Shown in pieces: positions 21,366-31,160 of a stretch of DNA of 64,000 nucleotides. The position numbers were made by a program, and so were the translations under genes. Positions within the stretch are counted from its first letter, which is position 1. Each line of letters opens with the position of its first letter. The stretch lies in NCBI GenBank assembly GCA_963664215.1, contig OY761015.1. One strand, 5' to 3'. The stretch is from Candidatus Poribacteria bacterium. GTDB taxonomy: Bacteria; Poribacteria; WGA-4E; WGA-3G. The notes beneath the pieces were generated by a model, which did no database searches, had not been told where the DNA came from, and was given only the letters and a program-made list of their open reading frames with translations.

Positions 21366-23339
21366 ATGAAGATACATGTTAGATATTTTTTTATAGTGTT
21401 TTGTTTATGTGTTGTAATAAGTGTTCATGCTGAAGAGTGGATGTCAGACCCTACGCTCCGCGAGGCTGTCCGAGGAACACTTGACATTCCGGCACATGTC
21501 CCCTTAACACCGGCACACCTTCAATCCTTAGAGCGTCTTGATGTGCCAAACAAAGGGATTGTCGATCTGACAGGCTTAGAACATGCAACCCATTGTCATG
21601 CCCTTATTCTGGAAGAGAATGAAATTAGCGATCTATCGCCTTTGTCCGGACTCACGAAACTTGCTTTTTTGGATTTATCACACAATCAGATTTCTGACAT
21701 TCGACCACTGGCAGGTCTCACAGGGTTAGGTGGATTAAAACTTGCGAACAACCAAATTGTAGATATTTCACCGCTCGCAGGGTTAGTCAATCTCAATTTG
21801 TTGAATATAGCCAATAATCGAATTACGGATTTTTCACCACTCGCAGGATTAAATCTCCAAAGCCTGAATACAAAGCGTAACATTAGTGTTGATCTTAGCA
21901 TGATTAATACATCCAAGATTACAAATCTTGAGCATGATTTGGTGTGTGATATTCAACGTCCTTCAGCCTATGAACGTGTCGAGAGTCGTGATTATCCATC
22001 TCTTTTATCTGCTTGGGGGCACGTTTTAGAGGTCCACGAAAATAAATTTGAAAATATCCCAATCCATGATCTTTATTTCTGTTGCCCGAACGATCTGTAT
22101 CTTTACTGGGAACTTCGTAGCACCGCCAGCGGGACCAAACCAGTATTGATAGATCATATTTTTGAGGCGAAGCAGCGACGTGCCGAACTGTTATCACTAA
22201 ACCCTAATTTAGTGATGTTAGTGCCTGTTGTCTATTACCGATTTGGGGGACTGGATTACAAAGAGATAGGGTTGGATTATATTTCCGATGATATTTTTCT
22301 CCGAGATGAACAGGGTAATATTGTTGAAGAATACTCGGGAGAGGGAGCAGCACCATTATTAGATTTCACGCTACCTCAGACGCAGCAATGGGTCAAGGAT
22401 CAGGTATTAGCAATTTCGCAATGCGGATTGTTTGACGGGATCATCCTTGATCATTGGGACCTTGGGCGAAGACTTGAAGGATATAGAACGCTTGAGGAAG
22501 AATATGCAGCAAGAGATGCTATTCTGCAGAGTATCCGTGAGATAGATGATGACCTCTTAATTCTTGTAAACGCGGGTACAGGTACGCATTCAAAGATTCC
22601 GAGATGGGCGCCCTATATCAATGGTATTTGGCTGGAGACGGGACCTGGAGCTAATTCTATATACGATGATCATGAAATTGCTAAAATCCAAGAAGCACTC
22701 CTCTGGGCAGAAACAGAAGCACCTTTCCGAGAACCGGTCATCAATGCTATATCCGGGGGTGGTAATCCAGGGATCCCTCCAGATTCATCTGAGACATGGA
22801 AGGTCGTGCGTTCCTTGACAACACTCGCACTGACGCATTCCGATGCTTACCTGAAAATCAAAAATGGCGGAGTATTCAGTAAGCAACTTTGGGGAGTGGA
22901 TATCACATATAAGGGCGTACATTCTGTCTGGCTGGAGTTCTGGGATGATTCCCTCGGTTATCCGATCGGCGGTGATGAAACCAAAGGCGTTCTCTACGAG
23001 ACCTCCAACGGTGAAGAAATCGCGGGACTCTTTATCCGGAAATTTACCAACGGCTGGGCGGTCTATAACCGCAGTGGCAAGGCACAACGGATCCAGCTCT
23101 CAGAACAGGGGTCCGGGGTTTCAAGTGGTGTCACTGGTGTTCAGCACACAATCCCCGATTTAGATGGCGAAATCTATCTAAAGCAGGGAACAAATCCAGC
23201 AGACATCAATAACGATGGGATAGTGAACATCTTGGACCTGGTTGCCGTCGCAAACGCGTTTGGAAAACAACAACCGGATATCAACGGTGATGGTGTCGTC
23301 AATATTCTGGATCTCGTCGCGGTCGCAAATGCTTTTTGA
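21366..23339 (+). CDS. Secreted LRR + glycosidase-like TIM-barrel + dockerin protein
   Basis: Signal peptide, internalin-like LRRs, LLDFT..Q / DGIILDHW, tandem DINxDGxVNILDL. Confidence 0.8.
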   Translation: MKIHVRYFFIVFCLCVVISVHAEEWMSDPTLREAVRGTLDIPAHVPLTPAHLQSLERLDVPNKGIVDLTGLEHATHCHALILEENEISDLSPLSGLTKLAFLDLSHNQISDIRPLAGLTGLGGLKLANNQIVDISPLAGLVNLNLLNIANNRITDFSPLAGLNLQSLNTKRNISVDLSMINTSKITNLEHDLVCDIQRPSAYERVESRDYPSLLSAWGHVLEVHENKFENIPIHDLYFCCPNDLYLYWELRSTASGTKPVLIDHIFEAKQRRAELLSLNPNLVMLVPVVYYRFGGLDYKEIGLDYISDDIFLRDEQGNIVEEYSGEGAAPLLDFTLPQTQQWVKDQVLAISQCGLFDGIILDHWDLGRRLEGYRTLEEEYAARDAILQSIREIDDDLLILVNAGTGTHSKIPRWAPYINGIWLETGPGANSIYDDHEIAKIQEALLWAETEAPFREPVINAISGGGNPGIPPDSSETWKVVRSLTTLALTHSDAYLKIKNGGVFSKQLWGVDITYKGVHSVWLEFWDDSLGYPIGGDETKGVLYETSNGEEIAGLFIRKFTNGWAVYNRSGKAQRIQLSEQGSGVSSGVTGVQHTIPDLDGEIYLKQGTNPADINNDGIVNILDLVAVANAFGKQQPDINGDGVVNILDLVAVANAF

Positions 23340-23374
23340 GCACGACGCCTTTGATTTAAGGAAGAAAGAAATAC

Positions 23375-26300
23375 ATGAAGAATTTCATCAAAATTAGCCT
23401 TATATTCACATTTATCTTCGGATATCAAACCGCGAATGCACAGCAGAACCTCGCCCAACAAGCGTATGCGATCTTTGAGCAAAGTTGCCTCAACTGTCAC
23501 GGCGAACACGGTGCATTTACTGAAGAAATCATTATTGAACACACGGCACTCATCGAAACAGGGGCAGTCGTTCCGGGAAAGCCTATTGAATCCGAACTCT
23601 ATAAGCGGCTCTTTGCAGAGGATGAAGCAAAACGGATGCCGTTGGGTCAACCGAAACTTCCCGTCGAAGCGATCCTGACGATTGGCAACTGGATCCAAGC
23701 AGGCGCGCCGGATTGGCAGGCACCAGAACGAGACACCGACTTTATTACACCCAAGGAGATGCTTGAGAGCATTGAAAACCATGTCAACTCCCTCTCTCCG
23801 TTTGACCGCACCTTCGCACGTTATTTCACACTCACCCATCTCTATAACGCTGGTGAGACGACGGAGGCACTCCACGCCTATCAACGCGCACTCTCGAAAC
23901 TCGTGAACAGTCTCTCTTGGGGACGCACTATTAAAATCCCACAACCCATTGATTCAGAAGAAACGATCTTCTATATTGATCTGCGCGACTACGAATGGGA
24001 GATCGGCACCAATCGGTGGACCCTGATTGAGGCGGAGTATCCTTATGAGATCGAATTCAACGCACCAACACAGACAGCACTTCGTGAAAAACTGACAAGC
24101 CTACGGCAAACAATGGAGTGCGAAGTGCCGTTCGTTCATGTCGATTGGTTCATCGCAACAGCCTCTTTACCTCCACTCTACCATGATATTCTGGGACTGC
24201 CCGAGACGGATCGTGAACTCGAAACTCGATTGGAAGTAAATGTCGTTGAAAATATTCGGAACGCTCCAGGAAAGCGCGTCTGGCGTGCGGGTTTCAACAA
24301 CTCTGGTGTGTCGAATCATAATCGCGTTGTTGAACGGCACCTTTCACGATACGGTGCGTATTGGAAAAGTTACGACTTTGCGGGGAGTGTAGAGTCGCAG
24401 AATATCTTTACGCATCCGCTTTCTTTCACTCACGATGGGGGTGAAATTATCTTCAATTTACCGAATGGCTTGCAGGCATACTACCTCGCGGATGCCGGGG
24501 GTAGACGACTGGATGAAGCACCGATAGATATCGTTTCCAATCCGGCGGCGAGTGATCCAACCGTCCGCAATGGACTGTCCTGTATCGGATGCCATACCGA
24601 AGGGATGAAAGATTTTCAAGATACGGTTCGGGCTGTTATTCAACGGAACGCGAATCCGCCTTTTAACAAGGAAAGGGCATTACAGCTCTATATTGATAAA
24701 GCTACCATGGATCGTTTGGTGGGCGAAGATACCGCCCGGTATCGGCAGGCACTTGAAGCGACAGGGGGTGTCTTCGGTGGCATTGAACCCGTTCAGCGGT
24801 TCCATGAGGCGTTCCAAAGACCGCTTGATGCGGCGCATGCTGCCGCCACTGTAGGTTTGGAAACCGAGGTGTTTCTCCAAAAGATCCGTGAGAATGCGGG
24901 TTTGCAGAACTTAGGCTTATTGGTGTTAGAGAACGACACGATGAAACGGGACACATGGACAAGTCAGTTTAGTGAAGTCGTTTTTGCGTTGGATTTCCCA
25001 GCAAAAAGTGCTGGGACACCGGTTGATCCTCAAACGGAACGTATTCCGGGCGAATCTGTTCATATTCCCGATCCGAACCTGCGCGCCGCAATTGCGGAAG
25101 CACTCGGAAAGGCACCAAACGCCCAAATTACAGTCGAAGAGATAGAAGGATTGGGCAGACTTGTGGCGCGGGACAAGGGCATCCAAGATTTGACTGGACT
25201 TCAGTCAGCAATCAATCTGAACCGCTTATCTCTCAACGGTAATCAGATCTCCGATCTCTCACCGATAGCGGGTTTAACCGGGTTACACGCACTCTGGCTC
25301 ACGGACAACCCTGTATCTGATTTATCACCCCTGAAGCAGCTAATAAATCTCACGCTACTGGTAATTGATAATACGCATGTATCGAATCTATCACCGCTTG
25401 CAGGATTAACGAATCTCAACGAGTTAGGGACTTCTACGCCTCTCATATCCGATTTATCGCCCTTGAAAGGACTGAAAAATCTCAAAGTGTTCTGGTTTCA
25501 TCGTACACAAGTCTCCGACCTGTCGCCACTCAGCGGATTAAACAGCTTGGAGGATGTAGCTGCGAACCAAGGCGGTATATTTGAGGCAATCAGCAACATC
25601 GAAACGGAAACCGGGATCGTGATAGACACTCAGCATGGGAATATATCCGACCTTTCACCCCTGGCAGGATTAACCAATCTGAGACGGATTTGGTTTTGGG
25701 GCAACCCCATATCCGATTTATCCCCTTTGGCAGGATTAACAAAACTGGAAAAGTTAGACATTTGCGGTGGAACTATATCCGATCTTAAGCCTTTGGTGGG
25801 CTTGACAAATTTGACGGATCTGTTCCTTGCTGCTAACGGGATATCCGATATATCGCCACTCGCTGAACTGACCAGCGTAAATAGACTTGATCTCAGAAGC
25901 AACAATGTATCCGACATATCGCCACTCGCCGGGTTGGCACACTTGGACTACCTGAGGCTTAACAACAATAATATATCCGACTTTTCGTCTTTAGATGGGA
26001 TACGCCAGAACATAACGCTCATTTGGCACGACAATCCAGGGTTCCCGAAAGGCGGACCGAAGATAGCTGGACCCTGGTTATGGGTCCTATTGCCAGATGC
26101 TGATCTGGAGAGTGGATCGGATTTACTGTCGGAAGTGAGTGGTGGAAGCGTAACAGAGGCAGAGATTGCCGTCCGTGGGGCAATAGCGGGACAGTCTATC
26201 GGCAGTAGCGTCTGGACATCCCACGAACTCCCAAATACGGGGCGTATTGAAGATATGCTAAAACGCTCCATTCCAAATGGAACCATCTATGGTGTTGTGT

Positions 26301-27589
26301 CTCTATATTCGCCACGCGAACAACAAACAACGCTGGGTGTCGGCAGTCGCCAGGAACTAAAAGTCTGGTTCAACGGTGCCTTGATTCATCAGCACGGTCA
26401 TTACGACAGGATAGGCAATGATTACACGGATTTTTACCCTGTTACGCTTCAACCGGGGAAAAATGTCTTGTTGGTCGCGTTCCATTCCCACGCTAACGGT
26501 TTTTTTGGATTTGAAACCGGTACGGAATATATAGTGTCGGGCTCCGGTATTGGATATGGCGTTCCCGATACGCCAATTCATATCGGTGATACCTTCACCG
26601 TCAACTTAAACGCGGAGAATGTAAGTGATTTAGCAGGGTGGCAATTTGATGTTTTGTTTGATGCCGCAGTGCTTGAGACCGTTGAAGTCAACGAGGGTCC
26701 TTTCCTGAAGTCGGTGGGCGACGGCACCTTTTTTCAGAAAGGGACGATTGATAATGTCGCTGGCAAAATCAAAGGTATTAACGCATTGGACCTTAGCGGA
26801 AAGGGGGTCACAGGAACAGGGACCCTCGTGTCGGTGACGTTCTCAGCGAAAACGAGTGGGGAAGCTAAATTGAGACTGCATAACCTCCAAATAGGATCTA
26901 TTACAGGTGAACACATCGCCGCAGAATCTTATGAGATTGTCATCACGATAGAAGATCAACTCACTATTGGAGATGTAAATCGCGATGGTCAGATCAGCAT
27001 TCTTGATATGATCCTTATTGCCCGACACTTGGGCGAAACCGCACCTGCGAACGCTGAAGTAGACGTGAATGGCGATGGAATTGTGAATATCTTGGATCTC
27101 ATTCTTGTTTCTCAGAATATGGGTGGATCAAACGGATTAGCTGCCCCCTCAATGCTATCTGTGGATGACATAGACGGATTGGATCCTGCGATAATACGGG
27201 CATGGATAGAACGTGCCCAAGTTGAAGATGATGGTTCTATCGCTTTCCAAGAGGGCATTGCGAACCTTCAACGTCTCTTAGCGTCGCTTATTCCAGAAAA
27301 GACAGCACTGCTTCCGAACTATCCAAACCCGTTCAACCCAGAAACGTGGATACCGTATCACTTAGCGAACCCAAGTAAGGTGACACTGACAATCTATTCT
27401 GTGAATGGTATCTTGGTTCGGACCTTGGCGTTGGGACAAATGCCCGCTGGCATTTATCAAAGTCGTAGCCGTGCGGCGTATTGGGATGGCAGAAATGATG
27501 TGGGTGAACGCGTTGCTAGTGGCATCTACTTCTACCAACTCCAAGCCGATAATCTGTCGCTCCTGCGCAAAATGCTCATCATGAAATAG
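23375..27589 (+). CDS. Secreted cytochrome c/LRR/cohesin/dockerin/FlgD-type protein, paralog 1
   Basis: CLNCH and CIGCH heme motifs, LRRs, LAGWQFD cohesin-like domain, DVNRDG dockerin, NYPNPFNPETWIPY...RKMLIMK. Confidence 0.9.
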   Translation: MKNFIKISLIFTFIFGYQTANAQQNLAQQAYAIFEQSCLNCHGEHGAFTEEIIIEHTALIETGAVVPGKPIESELYKRLFAEDEAKRMPLGQPKLPVEAILTIGNWIQAGAPDWQAPERDTDFITPKEMLESIENHVNSLSPFDRTFARYFTLTHLYNAGETTEALHAYQRALSKLVNSLSWGRTIKIPQPIDSEETIFYIDLRDYEWEIGTNRWTLIEAEYPYEIEFNAPTQTALREKLTSLRQTMECEVPFVHVDWFIATASLPPLYHDILGLPETDRELETRLEVNVVENIRNAPGKRVWRAGFNNSGVSNHNRVVERHLSRYGAYWKSYDFAGSVESQNIFTHPLSFTHDGGEIIFNLPNGLQAYYLADAGGRRLDEAPIDIVSNPAASDPTVRNGLSCIGCHTEGMKDFQDTVRAVIQRNANPPFNKERALQLYIDKATMDRLVGEDTARYRQALEATGGVFGGIEPVQRFHEAFQRPLDAAHAAATVGLETEVFLQKIRENAGLQNLGLLVLENDTMKRDTWTSQFSEVVFALDFPAKSAGTPVDPQTERIPGESVHIPDPNLRAAIAEALGKAPNAQITVEEIEGLGRLVARDKGIQDLTGLQSAINLNRLSLNGNQISDLSPIAGLTGLHALWLTDNPVSDLSPLKQLINLTLLVIDNTHVSNLSPLAGLTNLNELGTSTPLISDLSPLKGLKNLKVFWFHRTQVSDLSPLSGLNSLEDVAANQGGIFEAISNIETETGIVIDTQHGNISDLSPLAGLTNLRRIWFWGNPISDLSPLAGLTKLEKLDICGGTISDLKPLVGLTNLTDLFLAANGISDISPLAELTSVNRLDLRSNNVSDISPLAGLAHLDYLRLNNNNISDFSSLDGIRQNITLIWHDNPGFPKGGPKIAGPWLWVLLPDADLESGSDLLSEVSGGSVTEAEIAVRGAIAGQSIGSSVWTSHELPNTGRIEDMLKRSIPNGTIYGVVSLYSPREQQTTLGVGSRQELKVWFNGALIHQHGHYDRIGNDYTDFYPVTLQPGKNVLLVAFHSHANGFFGFETGTEYIVSGSGIGYGVPDTPIHIGDTFTVNLNAENVSDLAGWQFDVLFDAAVLETVEVNEGPFLKSVGDGTFFQKGTIDNVAGKIKGINALDLSGKGVTGTGTLVSVTFSAKTSGEAKLRLHNLQIGSITGEHIAAESYEIVITIEDQLTIGDVNRDGQISILDMILIARHLGETAPANAEVDVNGDGIVNILDLILVSQNMGGSNGLAAPSMLSVDDIDGLDPAIIRAWIERAQVEDDGSIAFQEGIANLQRLLASLIPEKTALLPNYPNPFNPETWIPYHLANPSKVTLTIYSVNGILVRTLALGQMPAGIYQSRSRAAYWDGRNDVGERVASGIYFYQLQADNLSLLRKMLIMK

Positions 27590-27623
27590 TCTCATATGAC
27601 CATAGGATAACTAAAAGGCTGAT
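27584..27623. mobile_element. Orphan end of the two-gene element
   Basis: AAATAGTCTCATATGACCATAGGATAACTAAAAGGCTGAT aligns with element ends at 35268, 41291 and 54860. Confidence 0.75.
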
Positions 27624-27738
27624 CTGGACCCTCTCAGACATAGCACTGTTGCATTACAAAACGCCCCAGACGTAGGACCGAATTGAACGTTTCAGTCGAT
27701 GTCAACGTAGCCAAATCTTTTTGTGAGGAGGGGACTCT

Positions 27739-30477
27739 GTGAAGAAAAAAGACGATGTTCAGTTGATTCATACCGTTTTGTCAGGCGATGATACAGCATT
27801 TGACATTTTGGTTAAAAAATACCAAAAAAGCGTTCACGCCCTTGTGTGGCGGAAGGTTGGTGACTTTCACTATGCTGAAGAGATTACGCAAGATGCTTTT
27901 CTCCAAGCATACAAAAAACTCTCGACCCTGAAAAATCCGCATCAATTTGCTGGGTGGTTGTATGTCATCGCAAATCGACTTTGCATTGATTGGCTACGAA
28001 AGCAAAAGCCTGCGATGCAATCATTAGAGGAAACATCTGTGAAAGAAATAGACGGTATAACCTATGAACGTTATGTGGAGGAAGACCGTGAGTTGGAAGC
28101 CGCCGAACATCGTCATGAGCTCGTCAAAAAACTTCTTGAAAAGCTTCCCGAGAGTGAACGCACAGTCGTAACCCTCTACTATCTCGGCGAAATGACAACA
28201 AAGGAGATTAGCAAGTTCTTAGGTGTTTCTGTAAAGACGATTAGCAGTCGTCTGCGTCGGGCACGAGAGCGTTTAAAGCAGAAAGAAGAGCTCTTTGTCC
28301 AAGAGTATTTTGGCGGTGTGCAGTTATCAGCGAATATCAGACAGAACATTGCTCGGCAAGTCGCTGACTTGAAACTGACCCCACCCTCGGCTACGAAACC
28401 GTTGCTCCCGTGGGCAGCTTTCGGCACCGCTGCGGTTTTGATGCTATTTTTGATTGGATTCGGCAACCAACACCTCACTCGTTTTCAGAAACCCTATAGT
28501 TTTAAAGCCGACTCCGAACCTACCGTTGAAATTATTGATGCCCCTATCGTCCTTGAGACTGACGCAAAACCATCCGTGCGAAATCAGATGGGACACATTG
28601 CTATTATCAGTAAAAGTAACAGTGCCGGCTTACAAACATATGAGAGGGATTCAACTCTCAATACCTCAGAGGATTCACTCAGACTTTCTGAGGCACACTG
28701 GATGCCAGATGCGAACCTACGTGAGGCTATTCGTCAGAAACTTGAAATGGACACCAATACACCCTTGACGAAAGCGGATATGCTCCAATTGACTTCGTTA
28801 GATATATTGAAACTGCAGGTAGCCGAAAAGATTAGCGATCTCACAGGTTTGGAGCATGCGATAAACCTTGAGTTTCTGCTTCTTCCGAAAAATCGTATCC
28901 AAGACCTCCGTCCACTTGCGAATTTAACGAACCTCACATTCTTGGATTTGGGTGGCAACGCTATTTCGGATGTTTCGTCGCTCGCTGGACTTGTCCGGCT
29001 TGAGGTGCTCGGGTTGTGGAACAACCAGATTGTCGATGTTTCGCCGCTTGCGGGGCTGATGAACCTAAAAGACCTTGCGCTTCAAGACAATCAGATCGCA
29101 GGTGTTTCACCGCTTGTCGGCTTGACACATTTGACGGAATTAAATGTCCGCAACAATGGGATTGCTGACCTTTCATCACTCACAGAACTCACCAGTATAG
29201 AGGTCCTGCATTCTGAAGGGAATCCCGGGAGTGTTACCCCAGAATGTGAATTGCCCAGACCCGCTATTATGCCTCGGATTGAGGATCGTGAATATCCATC
29301 CGTCTTCGGATCATGGTCTCTCGTCCGAAACCGTACACCTATATTGCCGAGACTTCCGTGGTTACCATCCGATGAACCTATCGCCTATTTTGATCTCTAT
29401 TTCTCTCATCCTGCGGGGCATCTTGGTCTCAGCCTCAAATATACGAATGCGGGTGTTGCTTTAGTCGGTGATCTCCAGAGAGCCAAAGAGCGGCGGGACA
29501 CACTTTTGGCGTTTAATCCGAATGCACTGTTCCTTGTTCCGGTCATATATTACAGTGGTCTACCGGCGAGTAGGTATCCTGAAGATGGCGTTCTACAAGA
29601 CCTTTGGCTTCGAGACAAAAATGGCAACCGTGTTGTAGATAATTCGGAAGAGGCACTGTTAGATTTCACATTACCTGAAACGCAAAAGTGGGCGATCGAC
29701 CAAGCGAAGGCTATCGCAGCGTGCGGATTGTTTGACGGTATCTTTCTTGATCATTGGGACGAGGGGTTGCGGCTGGGTGGGAAGGCTACCTTAGAAGAGG
29801 AGCATCTTGCGCGCGACGTCATCATACAGAACATTCGTGCCATCGTAGGCGACGATGTGTTGATAATGGTGAACGCTGGTGAAAACAGGATTCCAAGATG
29901 GGCGGAGTATATCAACGGTAGTCTCGTGCGAACACAGCCTACCCTAAAAATACCTTGGGCGGAAATGACAGATGTGGAGAAACAGTATCATTCTCTCGGC
30001 TATAGCCCAGAGGATCTGCATAAGATCGAAGAGACCTTAATTTGGTCAGAGACCCATTTCCGAGAACCGCGTATCAATGGTTTACTCGGATTGGGGATTG
30101 ATGCGGAGCCGCCAGATTCTCCACGAAATCAGCAGTGGATGCGTATTTTCACGACCCTGAGTTTAACGCTTTCAGATGGCTATGTGGAATATAAATTTTT
30201 ATTCGACACCTTTGATGGACCGAGTGTTTATTGGTATTCCTTCTGGGATGCGAATCTCGGTACCCCTATAGGCGAGAAAGCACAACTCTATCGTAACCGT
30301 GAGGGCTTATTTATCCGCGAGTTCACTAACGGATGGGCGGTCTACAATCGTAGCGGCAAGAAACAGAAGATTCGTTTACCGGCACAAACCACCGGGATCG
30401 CAAGTGGTATCACCGCCACACAGCACACCCTTTCAGATTTGGACGGCGAGATCTTCATTAAATTATCGGAAAAATAA
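27739..30477 (+). CDS. ECF sigma factor-TM-LRR-glycosidase-like fusion, paralog 2
   Basis: Sigma module nearly identical to that of 18579-21257; divergent LRR and TIM-barrel parts. Confidence 0.87.
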   Translation: MKKKDDVQLIHTVLSGDDTAFDILVKKYQKSVHALVWRKVGDFHYAEEITQDAFLQAYKKLSTLKNPHQFAGWLYVIANRLCIDWLRKQKPAMQSLEETSVKEIDGITYERYVEEDRELEAAEHRHELVKKLLEKLPESERTVVTLYYLGEMTTKEISKFLGVSVKTISSRLRRARERLKQKEELFVQEYFGGVQLSANIRQNIARQVADLKLTPPSATKPLLPWAAFGTAAVLMLFLIGFGNQHLTRFQKPYSFKADSEPTVEIIDAPIVLETDAKPSVRNQMGHIAIISKSNSAGLQTYERDSTLNTSEDSLRLSEAHWMPDANLREAIRQKLEMDTNTPLTKADMLQLTSLDILKLQVAEKISDLTGLEHAINLEFLLLPKNRIQDLRPLANLTNLTFLDLGGNAISDVSSLAGLVRLEVLGLWNNQIVDVSPLAGLMNLKDLALQDNQIAGVSPLVGLTHLTELNVRNNGIADLSSLTELTSIEVLHSEGNPGSVTPECELPRPAIMPRIEDREYPSVFGSWSLVRNRTPILPRLPWLPSDEPIAYFDLYFSHPAGHLGLSLKYTNAGVALVGDLQRAKERRDTLLAFNPNALFLVPVIYYSGLPASRYPEDGVLQDLWLRDKNGNRVVDNSEEALLDFTLPETQKWAIDQAKAIAACGLFDGIFLDHWDEGLRLGGKATLEEEHLARDVIIQNIRAIVGDDVLIMVNAGENRIPRWAEYINGSLVRTQPTLKIPWAEMTDVEKQYHSLGYSPEDLHKIEETLIWSETHFREPRINGLLGLGIDAEPPDSPRNQQWMRIFTTLSLTLSDGYVEYKFLFDTFDGPSVYWYSFWDANLGTPIGEKAQLYRNREGLFIREFTNGWAVYNRSGKKQKIRLPAQTTGIASGITATQHTLSDLDGEIFIKLSEK

Positions 30478-30602
30478 TGAGAAAATTGTCGTATCCGTTC
30501 CTCAAATATTTCGGTAATATTATTCCTCAAGAAACACCGTAGGGGCATGTCTTGTGCCTGCCCACCCATTACTCAATTTTTCTTAGGTATGAAGGAGAAC
30601 CT

Positions 30603-31004
30603 ATGAACCGCATTTTCAGATGCATCACAATAATAATAATCCTTATACTGATCAGCATCCATATACTGATACTCCCAGTAGAAGCGATGACAGAGCCACA
30701 CGATCCGATCGCCCAACTCATCCAACACGCGCAAGCAGATGCCAGACGCGATGCGTGGCACGACGCAGGCTTGCGTTGGTTCGCTTATGGTGCAGGGTGC
30801 TGGATATTTGCTGTCGTCTATGCAAACGTAAGTACCCCGACAGTTCCAAGTCATCGACTGTTAGGCAAGTCCTCTACATACGTTCACACCTATACTGATG
30901 AATACAAACGCTCCATCAAGAACCAACGGATGGAGATGTCAGCAATAGGCTGGGGCGTATCACTGGGAGCAGTGCTCTGGCTCTGGAAGGTTTTGGCGGA
31001 TTAA
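30603..31004 (+). CDS. Hypothetical membrane protein
   Basis: Signal/TM segments; shares A.ADA..D and P..RL.GK...YV..Y...Y with 62501-63007. Confidence 0.65.
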   Translation: MNRIFRCITIIIILILISIHILILPVEAMTEPHDPIAQLIQHAQADARRDAWHDAGLRWFAYGAGCWIFAVVYANVSTPTVPSHRLLGKSSTYVHTYTDEYKRSIKNQRMEMSAIGWGVSLGAVLWLWKVLAD

Positions 31005-31160
31005 GGTATCCGTAGGGTTCGTAGAAGCGATGTATCGCTTCCACCAAGGCGCGTGAATTGCACTCCTACGAACAACCCGAATTTTAAACTGGACAGTCCA
31101 ACGACAGCCAAAAGGTATCGCGAGCACAACTCACTCTTTCAAGAAGGAAGAAAGAAATAC

